A DNA stretch of 64,000 nt from Chloroflexota bacterium (GCA_005881435.1 VBHP01000028.1:71003-135002); one strand, 5' to 3'. Shown: positions 7,738-17,604, numbered from the stretch's first letter. Notes: generated from the letters alone by a model not told the origin. Program-made: numbers and translations.

Positions 7738-10518
7738 GTGGATATCCAGCAGCTGCGGTCGTGGATCTTCGAGCTCTACGAGCCCTTTCCCGAAGAGCGG
7801 ACGTACGCGATCCTGACCGGACACGACGGGATCCTGATCGACCTGCCGCCGTTCGATCGGCGCGTCGCGCTGCAGATCCTGGGCGTAATGACGCCGCGTC
7901 TGGTCTTCTTCACGCACGTGCACCGCACCACGGACATCGACCGTTGGCGTGAAGCGCTCCCCGACACGCGATTCGCGCTACACGAGGCGGACCGATCGGG
8001 CGTGAGAGGCGAGATCGTGCTGGCCAAGGACGGCGATCTGCTGTGGCGCGCTCCCGAGACGCGGGTGCTGCATATCGGCACGCGGACGCCGGGGGAGTCG
8101 ATGGTCATCACCAAGGTCCCCGGGGGCGTTCTCTTCGCCGGCGACGCGCTGGTGGTCACGGCGAGTGGCGGCATTGCGCTTCCCGAGGAGCGCTATGGCG
8201 CGGACGAGGACATCCGCGCCGGTCTGGAGAAGCTCCGCGCGGTCGAGTTCTCGGCGATGCTCTCCGCACATGGCCGGCCGGTGTGGAACGCCGCTAAGGA
8301 GCGCTATCAGCAACTGCTGAACGAGCTGCCACGTCCACACAAGCGTTTCGGACATCTGCTCGACGCACCCTGGGATCGCGACTATTTGCGGGTGCGCACG
8401 CAAATGACGCACAACCCGATCGTCCCGCAGGCCGAGACCATCGCAGAGGCCGCCGGACATGGACCGTCGACACTCGTCCCAGCCTGGGAGCATCGGCCCG
8501 CGCGCGCCGTGAGCTGGCCTCAGGCGCCCGTCGCGGCGCAGCCCGGCGCCGCGGGTGGCGACGGGAAGAAGTGGTCGCTGTCCAAGGAGGTACCGCGATC
8601 GCTTCCGCCGCAGCAGCGCTCGGCGGTGCAGAGCGTGCCGTTGGAGTTGCTGGAAGCGCCGGTCGCGTTCCGCCGCTTGAGCGCCGCTGACATCGCCGCG
8701 GTCCCGCAGGTCGACTGGGTTTACCGCTCGTTCGACCTGTCGCCGGACGGCGGTGAGGTCGTCTTTGCCTGGGATAAGACCGGCGCGTACGAGGTGTACC
8801 GGGCGCCCGTCGCGAGCGACGCGATCTATCAGTTGACAGACGGCGGGACGCGCTCGCGTTCGCTGCAGCCGAGGATCTCGCCGGACGGCAGGTGGATCGC
8901 CTTCCTCCGTGATCGCGATGGCGATGAACGTTTCGACATCTACCTCGTTGACCGGAGCGCGCGTGGCGAACGTCGCCTGACGGACCATCCGGCGACGCGC
9001 GGTGAGCTGATCTGGTCGCCGGACGGACGTGCGCTGGCGTCGATCTCCGATGAGGACGGTGGCCTCGCGCTCCACGTCATCGCTGTCGTGAGCGGCACGC
9101 ATCGCATCGTCGCCCGGAACCTCCGTGTCGTCGAGAACCTCGAGCACGCGCCGTCGTGGTCGGCTGACGGGCGCTTCATCGTCTATCACTCCGCCGATGC
9201 CGACGCGAATGTCGATCTTTACGTCGCGCCGGCGGACGGCTCGTTGCCGCCGTGGCGGCTCGAGACGCGCCCCGAGGCGGGCCAGTCGCGCCAGGGGCGT
9301 TTCAGCGCCGACGGCCGCGCCCTCGCCTTCTCCACCGACGTTCGCGGCCGGTGGGAGATCGCGGTGCTTCCACTCCGCGATGGCAGGGCCGATGGCAGTA
9401 CCCGCTACCTGCGGGACGGACACTTCGACGAGACCGATCCGCTGTGGGACGCCGATCCACGCCGCTTGCTGTACCGGCGCAACGCCGATGCCTTGGTCAG
9501 CGTGCGGCGGGCGTTCCTGGTGTCGAACGACGACGAGCCAGCGCTGGACGTACCCGGCGTGCACTTCGCCGCGAAGGTCGCGCCGGACGGGTCGCTCGTC
9601 TACCACTGGAGCGGCGCGCGCGAGCCGGCGGATGTTTTCGTTAGAGGCGCCGAGGACATCCTGCCGCGTCGTGTCACGCGTTCGCTTCCCGCGGGCATCC
9701 CGTCCGGCCTGTTCGTCGAGCCCCGCCACGTGCGGTATCCGAGTCTCGACGGCGTCGAGATCCCGGCGTTGCTGTATCTGCCGCACCGCGAGGCCGTCGA
9801 CGGGGAGCGGGAGCATCCACCCGCGGTCGTCTTCGCGCACGGCGGTCCGACGTCGCAGCATTTCGCTCAGTACGACGATTGGATCCAGTGGTTCGCGAAT
9901 CAGGGCTACGTGGTGCTCGCTCCGAACGCGCGCGGTTCGACCGGCTATGGTCGCGGCTTCCGCGAAGCGAATCGCGGCGACATCGGCGGCAAGGATGTCG
10001 ACGACATCGTGGCCGGGGCGACGTGGCTGGCGAGCGAAGGTGTGGCCGACGCGGAGCGCGTCGCCGTGTTCGGCGTGTCCTACGGTGGTTATCTCACGCT
10101 CATGACGCTGGCGCGCGCGCCGGAGCGGTTCGCCGCCGGTTGCGACGTCGTCGGTCCGACCTCGCTCGGACCGTTCCTCGGAGCGACGCGTCCCGACATC
10201 GCGCTCGCCGTCGAGCTGTACGTTCGCGGCCTGAACGAGACCGAACGTTCGGAGCGATCGCCGATCGATCTCGTCGACCAGATCAAAGCGCCGGTGCTGA
10301 TCCTGCACGGCAAGAAGGATCCGCGCGTGCCGGTCGCTGAGGCAGAACGACTGGTGGCGAAGCTTCGCGAGCGCGGCAAGGCGTTCTCGTACCACGCCTA
10401 CGACAGCGGCCACCAGCTGATCCTTCGCGAGCAGCGCCAGGATGCGCTGGAACGCACGATCGAGTTCTTCAACGAGCATGTCCGCGACCGCGTCGCGGCG
10501 CGGGTCGGGACCGCTTAG
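7738..10518 (+). CDS. MBL-fold / PD40 beta-propeller / S9 peptidase fusion (926 aa)
   Basis: THVH and LFAGD, then repeated SPDG/SADG blades, then HGGP, GVSYGG, D(PRVP) and (G)H triad. Confidence 0.9.
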   Translation: MDIQQLRSWIFELYEPFPEERTYAILTGHDGILIDLPPFDRRVALQILGVMTPRLVFFTHVHRTTDIDRWREALPDTRFALHEADRSGVRGEIVLAKDGDLLWRAPETRVLHIGTRTPGESMVITKVPGGVLFAGDALVVTASGGIALPEERYGADEDIRAGLEKLRAVEFSAMLSAHGRPVWNAAKERYQQLLNELPRPHKRFGHLLDAPWDRDYLRVRTQMTHNPIVPQAETIAEAAGHGPSTLVPAWEHRPARAVSWPQAPVAAQPGAAGGDGKKWSLSKEVPRSLPPQQRSAVQSVPLELLEAPVAFRRLSAADIAAVPQVDWVYRSFDLSPDGGEVVFAWDKTGAYEVYRAPVASDAIYQLTDGGTRSRSLQPRISPDGRWIAFLRDRDGDERFDIYLVDRSARGERRLTDHPATRGELIWSPDGRALASISDEDGGLALHVIAVVSGTHRIVARNLRVVENLEHAPSWSADGRFIVYHSADADANVDLYVAPADGSLPPWRLETRPEAGQSRQGRFSADGRALAFSTDVRGRWEIAVLPLRDGRADGSTRYLRDGHFDETDPLWDADPRRLLYRRNADALVSVRRAFLVSNDDEPALDVPGVHFAAKVAPDGSLVYHWSGAREPADVFVRGAEDILPRRVTRSLPAGIPSGLFVEPRHVRYPSLDGVEIPALLYLPHREAVDGEREHPPAVVFAHGGPTSQHFAQYDDWIQWFANQGYVVLAPNARGSTGYGRGFREANRGDIGGKDVDDIVAGATWLASEGVADAERVAVFGVSYGGYLTLMTLARAPERFAAGCDVVGPTSLGPFLGATRPDIALAVELYVRGLNETERSERSPIDLVDQIKAPVLILHGKKDPRVPVAEAERLVAKLRERGKAFSYHAYDSGHQLILREQRQDALERTIEFFNEHVRDRVAARVGTA

Positions 10519-10560
10519 CAGAGCGGCGAAGACGCAGCGCGGCGGCGGCATTGCGACGCG

Positions 10561-10657
10561 CGCCGAGCCGGGCACTCGCGGCGACCGTTGCGCATCGGTC
10601 GCGGGGAACGCGAGGATCGTGGTTCGCGGCTTAGACGCCGCGAACCCGGCGCACAGG
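10561..10657 (+). repeat. Dispersed palindromic element, copy 1
   Basis: Shares a 39-nt block (37/39 identical) and an identical 16-nt block with 23968-24090; 10-bp hairpin GGTTCGCGGC-TTAGAC-GCCGCGAACC. Confidence 0.8.
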
Positions 10658-10828
10658 AACAGGGGAAGGGCCCCTGCGCGCGAAGCGCTGGGGGCCCAGC
10701 GTCAGGCGCGGGTCGCCGTCTCAGTCGCTGCACAGGGCCGCGCTCCGGCGACGCGCCGGTTGGGGCGAAACCCCCCGGCGGTCGGTCGCGTGAGTCACTC
10801 CGCCGGGTCACGATGGCGGGTCGTGAGT

Positions 10829-12481
10829 ATGGCCGCCGCGGGCATGCCGCAAGAGAGTGCGGCGCGATTCGCCGAGCTGGCGTCGCCGATCGAGGCGACG
10901 TTGCGCATCTTGCAGTCGAGCGTGCCGAGCCTCATGGGCGCCGCGGTCGTGCGACAGGGCGGCGCCGGAACCGTCGCCGCGCAGCTGGGGCGGGTGCCGT
11001 GGCTCTTCGATCGTCGGCTCACGCAGCTGGAGCTCTCTGACGAAGCGCTGCCGGAGAACCATGCCGTGCTCCTGGACTGGCCGGTGCCGCATCAGGCCGA
11101 GTGGGTCGGCGCGCCGCCGCGTCTGCTCATCGCACGGCTCGTGGCCTCGAATCGCACCGTTGGCGTTCTGCTCGGCACGCTGATCACGCGCGAACAGCTC
11201 GACCCGAAAACGCGCCAGGCGGTGGAGCTCTCCTGTCAGCTCATCGCCGCCGCGGTCGCGACGGAGCGTCTGGTGTGGGAGAGCGAACAGCAGGCCAGGC
11301 GGCTGCGCGTGCTCAACGAGCTTCAGAGCGCGCTCTCGATCTCGCTCGATGCGCGGGCGCTTGGCCGCGTCTTGCGCGACGCGATGGGTGCGGTGCTGGA
11401 GCACATCGGCTTCGCCGTGTCGCTGTTCCATCCGCAGCGCGCGGAGGTCGCGTACCGCTATCGCGTCGTCGATGCCGATGCGCTGGCTGGCGAGAACGCA
11501 CGGCGTCCCCTCGAGGACGGGCCGGCTTCGCGCGCCGCTCAGACCTCCGCGCGCGTCGTGTTCACGCGCGAGATCGAGCTCGCGCTCGATGCCGGACGCA
11601 CCATGCGCCGAGCCGTGCACGTGGCGCAGTTCCCCCTTCTCGTGGCGCAGTCACCGATCGGCGTGGTCACGGTGCAGGCCTTCCGTCCGGACGGTTTCAG
11701 CAACGACGAGCTCGACCTGGCGCGAAGCGTCGTCGAAACGTCCGCGAACTATTTCGCCCACGCGCGCAAGGTCGGAGTCCGTCGCCCCGGTCCGGAGGAG
11801 CCGAAGTTCACGCTCGTGACCGGGACCGGACCCATCGCGCCGGCGGACGGGCAAGTGCCGGAGCTGGTGCCGCAGCGCGTCGAAACGCCGAAGCTCGTCG
11901 ATCCCGCGTCGCGCGCGCCGGCGAAGACTGTGGATCAGACCCTGCGGCAGTTGCTGGTCCACCTCGGCGCGCTCGGTTCGCCACACGCGTTCATCGTGCT
12001 GCTCGACGATTCCGGCACCGCGCTGGTGGGACACAGCGTGAGCGACTGGGCGTTCATGAAGGACCTGGACAAAGCGATCGGGATCACCAGCCGTATCTTC
12101 AGCGTGGCGCTCGAAGATCGCGCCAACGCGATCGCGCGCGCCTGCCGGGAAACGCGTGTCATCAGCGTCGCCTGGCTGTTCGAAGCGATCCAGCCGGCGC
12201 TGGTCTGGGACGACGCGCTCGCGCTGGAACGCTCGGCCGGCGGTGGACGGTGCACGATCGTCCCGCTCATCGTGTCCGGACGCCTGACGGGCGCGGTCGT
12301 CGCCGGTCCGTCAGGGCAGACCTTGTCGGCGACGACGATCACGCAGCTTGCGGCGCGGGTCGAAGCCGCGGCCGAGGAGCTCGCGCGAGCACTGCCGGGC
12401 GCGAGCACGAGCGGCGCACCGCTCACCGATCCGAACGCCCTGCGTCTCGCCGCCCTGCGCGAACTCGGCCCGACCGCCTGA
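10829..12481 (+). CDS. Multi-GAF-domain protein with no recognisable output domain
   Basis: GAF signatures (PLLVAQSPIGVVTVQA...FSNDELDL; VPLIVSGRLTGAVV); start uncertain. Confidence 0.7.
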   Translation: MAAAGMPQESAARFAELASPIEATLRILQSSVPSLMGAAVVRQGGAGTVAAQLGRVPWLFDRRLTQLELSDEALPENHAVLLDWPVPHQAEWVGAPPRLLIARLVASNRTVGVLLGTLITREQLDPKTRQAVELSCQLIAAAVATERLVWESEQQARRLRVLNELQSALSISLDARALGRVLRDAMGAVLEHIGFAVSLFHPQRAEVAYRYRVVDADALAGENARRPLEDGPASRAAQTSARVVFTREIELALDAGRTMRRAVHVAQFPLLVAQSPIGVVTVQAFRPDGFSNDELDLARSVVETSANYFAHARKVGVRRPGPEEPKFTLVTGTGPIAPADGQVPELVPQRVETPKLVDPASRAPAKTVDQTLRQLLVHLGALGSPHAFIVLLDDSGTALVGHSVSDWAFMKDLDKAIGITSRIFSVALEDRANAIARACRETRVISVAWLFEAIQPALVWDDALALERSAGGGRCTIVPLIVSGRLTGAVVAGPSGQTLSATTITQLAARVEAAAEELARALPGASTSGAPLTDPNALRLAALRELGPTA

Positions 12482-12482
12482 T

Positions 12483-15400
12483 TTAGACGCGCAGCGACGC
12501 CGCCAGCGCCTCGGCGCCGATCCGCTCGGCCATCGCTCGCGCGCGGCGGAGCAGCGGCTCGACATCCTCTTTCGCGTCACGAGCGCGCATGAGTGCCAGG
12601 TCGTACAGGCCCAGCGCCTCTTCGAACGCGAGTCCAAGCTTGCCGTACTCCGTGACCGCGCGCTCCAGGCCGGCGGCATCGCGGTCACGGATCGCGACCG
12701 CGTGCATCAGCAGCGCCTGGCCACGGGCGTGCCCGCTGGCGGTGACGGCATCGTTGGCCATCTCGTACAGATGGTCATCGCGCTCGCCCCAGCGCGACAT
12801 CGCCAGCACCACCAGCGGGAGGAACAGCACGCGACGCAGGGCGTGGCGGATCCAGCGCTGGTCCGGCTCGGTGGGCAGCTCGCGCAGGTCGGCGAGATAT
12901 TGCTCGCCGTTGCGCAGGCTGTAGAAGGCCGCCAGCACGTGCGTCGCCGCGACCGCCACGGCCGGGGGCTCGAGCCGCATGCCGTGATCCCACAGCTCCT
13001 GCTCGACCGGATCGCTCATCGCCGCGGCCGCCGCCACCGCGACCGAGAGCGCGTCGCCCCCGCCCTTTCGCGGCGGCTCGGCCAGAAGGACTCTTCCGAT
13101 CCCGAGCGCGCCTTCGAAGTCCGACGCCAGGAGCCGCGCCTGCGCCTCCTCGCCGATGGCCATGATCCGCAGCGCGTCCTTTCCCGTTGCGCGAGCGAGC
13201 TCGCTGGCTTCACTCGCGTGCGCGATCGCGTCCGACGGCGAGGCCACCACGAGCTCGCATTGCGAGATCATCGTCAGGGCGTCGATCAGCTCGTCGCTGT
13301 CGCGAAGAGTCCGCGTCAACGGCACGCGTCGTTGATGCGTCCGCAAGGCGTCGGCGAACCGTCCGAGCTCGCGTTCGGCATACCCGACAGCGTCGAGGCA
13401 GAGCGACACCTCACGCAGCGCGCCGAGCGATTCGGCGATGGACAGCGCCTCGCGTGCCGTGGCCAGAGCGGACTCCCAATCCTCACGGGTGACCTCGGCC
13501 CGGCGGCGCACCGCGAACGCGCGCGCCGCCAGGAGCAGCGCGCGCTCCCGCGTCGGGTCCGGACCGCACAGGGCCAGGCCCTTCTCGATGAAGACCTCGA
13601 GATCGGGAAGCATGCCGCCCCAGCGCGTCGACGTCTCCGCGATCAAGCCGTACAGCTCGCGGACGCGCTCGCCCGCGGGATCGATCCGCTCGGCGATCGC
13701 CAGCGCCCGCTGGTACGCGATGATCGCGGCATCGAGCTCGCCGCGATAGCGCTGCACCAGTCCCACGAGCATCAGCGCCCGCAGCGCATCTTCCTCGCGA
13801 GCCTCGCGCTCGAAGAGCGACGCCGCCTGCTCGGCGTGGCGCAGCGCCTCGCCGTGCGCGTGGTTGTCGAGCGCGACGGTCGCCGCGCGCTCGGCGTACT
13901 CCGCTGCGCGGCCGGGCACTTCGCCGAGCGCGTAGTGGTGCGCCAGTGTCGGATACAGGTCGGTGAGGTCCTTGGCGTAGACCTGCTCGATGGCTTCCGC
14001 CACGCGGCGGTGCATGTCGGTGCGACGGCGCACGAGCAGCGTCTGGTACGCGACCTCCTGCGTCACGGCGTGCCGGAAGCGGTAACGACCGATCCGGCCC
14101 TGCGCCGGCCCGGCGACGACGACGAGCTCCGCGTCGACGAGCTGATCCACGGCGTCGGCAACCTCCTGCCCGGCGGCGGCGACGAGCACGCGGTATCCGA
14201 AGCGCGGTCCGATGACGGCGGCGTACTGGATGCACTCCCGCGCCAGCGGCGGCAGGCGATCGATGCGCGACGCGACGAGGGCGTGAAGGGTCGCGGGCAC
14301 GTCGAGCTGCTCCGGTTCGCGCACCAGGCGCCAGCCGTCGGACTCGGGCACGATCATCCCGGCATCGATCAACGATCGCAGCGTCTCTTCGATGAAGAAC
14401 GGATTCCCGCCGGACCGCTCGACGATGACATCGCGCAGCGCTTCGGGTACCCACTGCAGGACGGACTCGACGATGCGCGAGGCCTCCTCTGGCGAGAGCG
14501 GGTCGAGGACCAGCGAGGTGAAGTTCGCACGCGGCGCGGTTTTGCTCAGGGCATCCGGCAGGCCGCGATACGTCAGCAGCACCAGCAGTCGCGCGCGGAC
14601 GGGGTGCGCGAGCATGAACCCAAGTAGCTCGATCGTCGCCGAGTCGGCGTTGTGCAGATCCTCGAGTACGAGGACGACCGGTCGCGCCCGCGTCAGCGCC
14701 GCGTACGTGTCGCGGATCGCGGAATAGCGCCGGCGTTTCACCTCCTCGACGTCGCCCGATTCCGGCGGCGCCGGCTTCAGCCCGAGGAAGACGGCAAGCT
14801 CGTGGTGCACGATCTGGTGGTTCGGCGGCTCGAGCACGTCGACCCATTGATCCAGCCGTTCCTTGGCGTTGGCGGCGGTGCGGTCGAAGCCGAACGCTTC
14901 GAAGAGCGTCTCGATGAAACCGGCGTACGAACGAACGCCGACGCCGGAGTACGTCCACCGCAGCACCAGCGGCGTCTCGCCGCCCTCCTCTCGGGCGGTC
15001 TCCAGCAGACCCAGGAACTCGTTGACCAGGCGGCTCTTCCCGATGCCGGGCTCGCCGGAGACAGCGACGAACTCGTTGCGTCCGACCATCGCCGACTGAT
15101 ACGCCAGATCGAGACGCGAGAGCTCCATCCAGCGACCGACGAGCGGCGTGTTCAGCTGGACGCTCGGCCGCGCCACCGGGTATTCGCCGGTGAGGGCGTA
15201 GGCCAGGACCGGCTGCTCCTTTCCCTTTACCTGCACCGGTCCGATCTCGCGGAAGGAGAAGCGCTGGTTGGTCAGCCGGAAGGTCGCCTGCGTCACCAGG
15301 ATCTCGCCCGGCTGCGCCATCTGCTGCAGCCGCGCCGCGACGTTGACGGTGTCGCCGACGACGCCGTACTCCGTCGGCACCCGCACGTTGCCGGCGACGA

Positions 15401-15767
15401 CGATGCCGGTGTGGACGCCGATACGCAGCGACAAGTCCCTGCCGTAGCGCGAGCGGACGACCGCGGCGTGCTGCGCGAAGGCCTTCTGCATCGCCGTTGC
15501 GGTGCGGAGAGCGCGCTCGGGGTCGTCCTCGTGCGCGATCGGCGCGCCGAACATGACGAAGATGGCGTCGCCGATGAACTTCTCGACCGTGCCCTCATAC
15601 CGTTCGGCCTCACGCACCAGCGACTGGAAGATGTCGCTCATCAGCTCCTGCAGCTCTTCGGGATCGAGCGTCTCGGCGAGCGAGGTGAAGCCGACGATGT
15701 CGGCGAAGAGCACCGTGACGAGGCGTCGTTCCTGTACGACCTCCTGGACCGCCCTGGTGGCGTTCAT
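12483..15767 (-). CDS. Class III adenylate/guanylate cyclase + AAA ATPase + TPR
   Basis: FADIVGFT, EKFIGDA, GDTVNVAARL, GEPGIGKS, LEDLH, TPR-like C-terminus. Confidence 0.93.
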   Translation of the reverse strand: MNATRAVQEVVQERRLVTVLFADIVGFTSLAETLDPEELQELMSDIFQSLVREAERYEGTVEKFIGDAIFVMFGAPIAHEDDPERALRTATAMQKAFAQHAAVVRSRYGRDLSLRIGVHTGIVVAGNVRVPTEYGVVGDTVNVAARLQQMAQPGEILVTQATFRLTNQRFSFREIGPVQVKGKEQPVLAYALTGEYPVARPSVQLNTPLVGRWMELSRLDLAYQSAMVGRNEFVAVSGEPGIGKSRLVNEFLGLLETAREEGGETPLVLRWTYSGVGVRSYAGFIETLFEAFGFDRTAANAKERLDQWVDVLEPPNHQIVHHELAVFLGLKPAPPESGDVEEVKRRRYSAIRDTYAALTRARPVVLVLEDLHNADSATIELLGFMLAHPVRARLLVLLTYRGLPDALSKTAPRANFTSLVLDPLSPEEASRIVESVLQWVPEALRDVIVERSGGNPFFIEETLRSLIDAGMIVPESDGWRLVREPEQLDVPATLHALVASRIDRLPPLARECIQYAAVIGPRFGYRVLVAAAGQEVADAVDQLVDAELVVVAGPAQGRIGRYRFRHAVTQEVAYQTLLVRRRTDMHRRVAEAIEQVYAKDLTDLYPTLAHHYALGEVPGRAAEYAERAATVALDNHAHGEALRHAEQAASLFEREAREEDALRALMLVGLVQRYRGELDAAIIAYQRALAIAERIDPAGERVRELYGLIAETSTRWGGMLPDLEVFIEKGLALCGPDPTRERALLLAARAFAVRRRAEVTREDWESALATAREALSIAESLGALREVSLCLDAVGYAERELGRFADALRTHQRRVPLTRTLRDSDELIDALTMISQCELVVASPSDAIAHASEASELARATGKDALRIMAIGEEAQARLLASDFEGALGIGRVLLAEPPRKGGGDALSVAVAAAAAMSDPVEQELWDHGMRLEPPAVAVAATHVLAAFYSLRNGEQYLADLRELPTEPDQRWIRHALRRVLFLPLVVLAMSRWGERDDHLYEMANDAVTASGHARGQALLMHAVAIRDRDAAGLERAVTEYGKLGLAFEEALGLYDLALMRARDAKEDVEPLLRRARAMAERIGAEALAASLRV

Positions 15768-15833
15768 TCCAAATTTGAAGACGACGCGGGCTTAGCCGGA
15801 AATTTGGAATGAGCGAAGCTCATCCTGTTGTCC

Positions 15834-17015
15834 TCAGGCGCGGACCGCGCTCTGCTCGCGGACCCAGCGGCTGAAGCGGCGAAGCGCCTCCTCGATGTTG
15901 TCCAGCGAGTTCGCGTACGACAGGCGCAGATAGCCTTCGCCCATTGCGCCGAAGGCGGTGCCGGCAAGGCATGCGACGCCGGCCTCGTTCAGCAACGCGT
16001 CGTTGAGCACGGCGGAGCGCCTGCCGAGTCGCTTCACGTTCGGGAAGGCGTAGAACGCGCCGCGCGGCATGACGCAGGTAACGCCCTCGATGTCGTTCAA
16101 GCCGGCGACGATGCGGTCGCGACGGCGCCTGAACTCACGGACCATCTCGTCGACCTCTTTGGGCCGCCGCTCGAGCGCTGCGACGCCGGCGCGCTGCACG
16201 AACGTCGCGGTGCACGAGACGCTGTTGGTCACGAGCTTGGTCACGCCGTCTACGAGGGGACGCGGGAAGATGCCGTACCCGAGGCGCCATCCGGTCATAG
16301 CGAAGGTCTTGGAGAACCCATCCAGAAGGATGGTCCGCTCGGCCATACCCGGCTGCGCCCACGGTGACACGAACCTGCCCTCGTAGAGCAGCTCGCCGTA
16401 GATCTCGTCCGACAGCACCCACAGGTCGTGCTCCTGTGCCAGTTGCGCGATTTCGCCGATCTGCTCCGCGGTCAGCACGCCGCCGGTGGGATTGTGCGGC
16501 GAGTTGAGGATGAGCAGCTTCGTGCGCGGCGTGACCAAGCGCCTGAGCTCGTCCACGTCGACGCCGAAGTCGTTCTCCTCGCGCAGCGGCAGCGACACGC
16601 TCTTGGCGCCGGAGAATTGGACCATCGAGGCGTAGATCGGGAATCCGGGATCGGGCACGATCGCCTCGTCGCCCTCGTCGAGCAGCGCGAGGATGGCGTA
16701 GAACATGATCGGCTTCGCGCCGGGCGTCACGATCACGTTCGCCGCATCGGCGGTGACGCCCCGCGTCCGCGTGACGTGATTGGCGATGGCCGCGCGAAGC
16801 TCGGGGATCCCGGCTGACGGCGTGTAGTGCGTTTGCCCGGCTCGGATCGCCTTGATGCCTTCGTCCGAGATCGCTGGCGGGGTATCGAAGTCCGGCTCGC
16901 CGATCTCGAGATGCACGATGTGGCGGCCCTGCGCCTCGAGGGCCCGCGCTTTGGCCAGGACCTCGAACGCCGTCTCGGTGCCAAGACGTTGCATGCGCGA
17001 AGCGACAGGACGCAC
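15834..17015 (-). CDS. PLP-dependent class I/II (aspartate-type) aminotransferase
   Basis: IGEPDF, NSPHNPTG, SDEIY, GFSKTFAMTGWRLG; TACTAT 6 nt before GTG17015. Confidence 0.93.
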   Translation of the reverse strand: MRPVASRMQRLGTETAFEVLAKARALEAQGRHIVHLEIGEPDFDTPPAISDEGIKAIRAGQTHYTPSAGIPELRAAIANHVTRTRGVTADAANVIVTPGAKPIMFYAILALLDEGDEAIVPDPGFPIYASMVQFSGAKSVSLPLREENDFGVDVDELRRLVTPRTKLLILNSPHNPTGGVLTAEQIGEIAQLAQEHDLWVLSDEIYGELLYEGRFVSPWAQPGMAERTILLDGFSKTFAMTGWRLGYGIFPRPLVDGVTKLVTNSVSCTATFVQRAGVAALERRPKEVDEMVREFRRRRDRIVAGLNDIEGVTCVMPRGAFYAFPNVKRLGRRSAVLNDALLNEAGVACLAGTAFGAMGEGYLRLSYANSLDNIEEALRRFSRWVREQSAVRA

Positions 17016-17046
17016 GCGCGAATAGTACGCGTCTAGCATGCCTTCG

Positions 17047-17556
17047 ATGTTCACGCTGTCGGTGCCGTGGTGGGAGATCGTGATGCGGACGATCGTCGTG
17101 TACGTCGTCGTCTTCGCGCTGCTACGAGTCTCCGGAAAACGCGAGCTTGGTCAGATGACGCCATTCGAGCTGGTCGTGCTCCTGGTCATCGCCAACGCGG
17201 TGCAGAACGCGATGAACGGCGGTGACAACTCATTGCTCGGCGGCCTCATCGCCGCGGTCACGCTCGTCCTGACCAACATGTTGTTCCAGCGCGTGGCGCA
17301 CCGCGTGCCGTTCCTGGAGCGGATCTTCTCCAGCGAGCCGACGCTCCTCGTCGACGACGGCAAGATCATCCAGCACCACATGGATCGCGAGGACGTCTCG
17401 ATGGACGAGCTCGAGATGGCGATTCGCGAAAAAGGTGTCGAAAAGGTCAGCGAAGTGAAGGCCGCCATCCTCGAGATCAACGGCGACATCAGCGTCATCC
17501 CCAAGGAGGGCTTCGGCACGCGCCGGAGGCGGCATCTGCGACAGCTGAAGCACTGA
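17047..17556 (+). CDS. DUF421/YetF family membrane protein
   Basis: LRVSGKRELGQMTPFELVVLLVIA, EPTLLV.DG.I, AILE.NG.ISVI; TAGCAT 7 nt before the ATG. Confidence 0.92.
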   Translation: MFTLSVPWWEIVMRTIVVYVVVFALLRVSGKRELGQMTPFELVVLLVIANAVQNAMNGGDNSLLGGLIAAVTLVLTNMLFQRVAHRVPFLERIFSSEPTLLVDDGKIIQHHMDREDVSMDELEMAIREKGVEKVSEVKAAILEINGDISVIPKEGFGTRRRRHLRQLKH

Positions 17557-17564
17557 GCGGCGCC

Positions 17565-17579
17565 TGGCACGCAGCTTGC
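17565..17579 (+). promoter_or_regulatory. Sigma-54-like -24/-12 promoter TGGCACGCAGCTTGC
   Basis: Exact TGGCAC-N5-TTGC with GG-N10-GC spacing, in an intergenic position. Confidence 0.45.
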
Positions 17580-17604
17580 GGCCGTTCGAAAGCCGCCGAC
17601 GGCG

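Noticed and set aside
1750-10518. M24 and S9 peptidases as dedicated maturases of the DPVLPPGGG peptide
   Set aside because: Chemically plausible (Pro-specific), but they lie 12-20 kb away with no linkage evidence.
7978-10575. Long antisense or alternate-frame ORFs (also 12348-14627, 28889-31135, 58039-60903 and many Arg/Ala-rich ORFs)
   Set aside because: Shadow frames of well-supported genes, expected at high GC content.
10650-10800. c-di-AMP or c-di-GMP-I riboswitch (GGAACAGGGGAA, TTGGGGCGAAAC, GCACAGGG fragments)
   Set aside because: The conserved 3' elements and spacing are missing; only fragmentary similarity.
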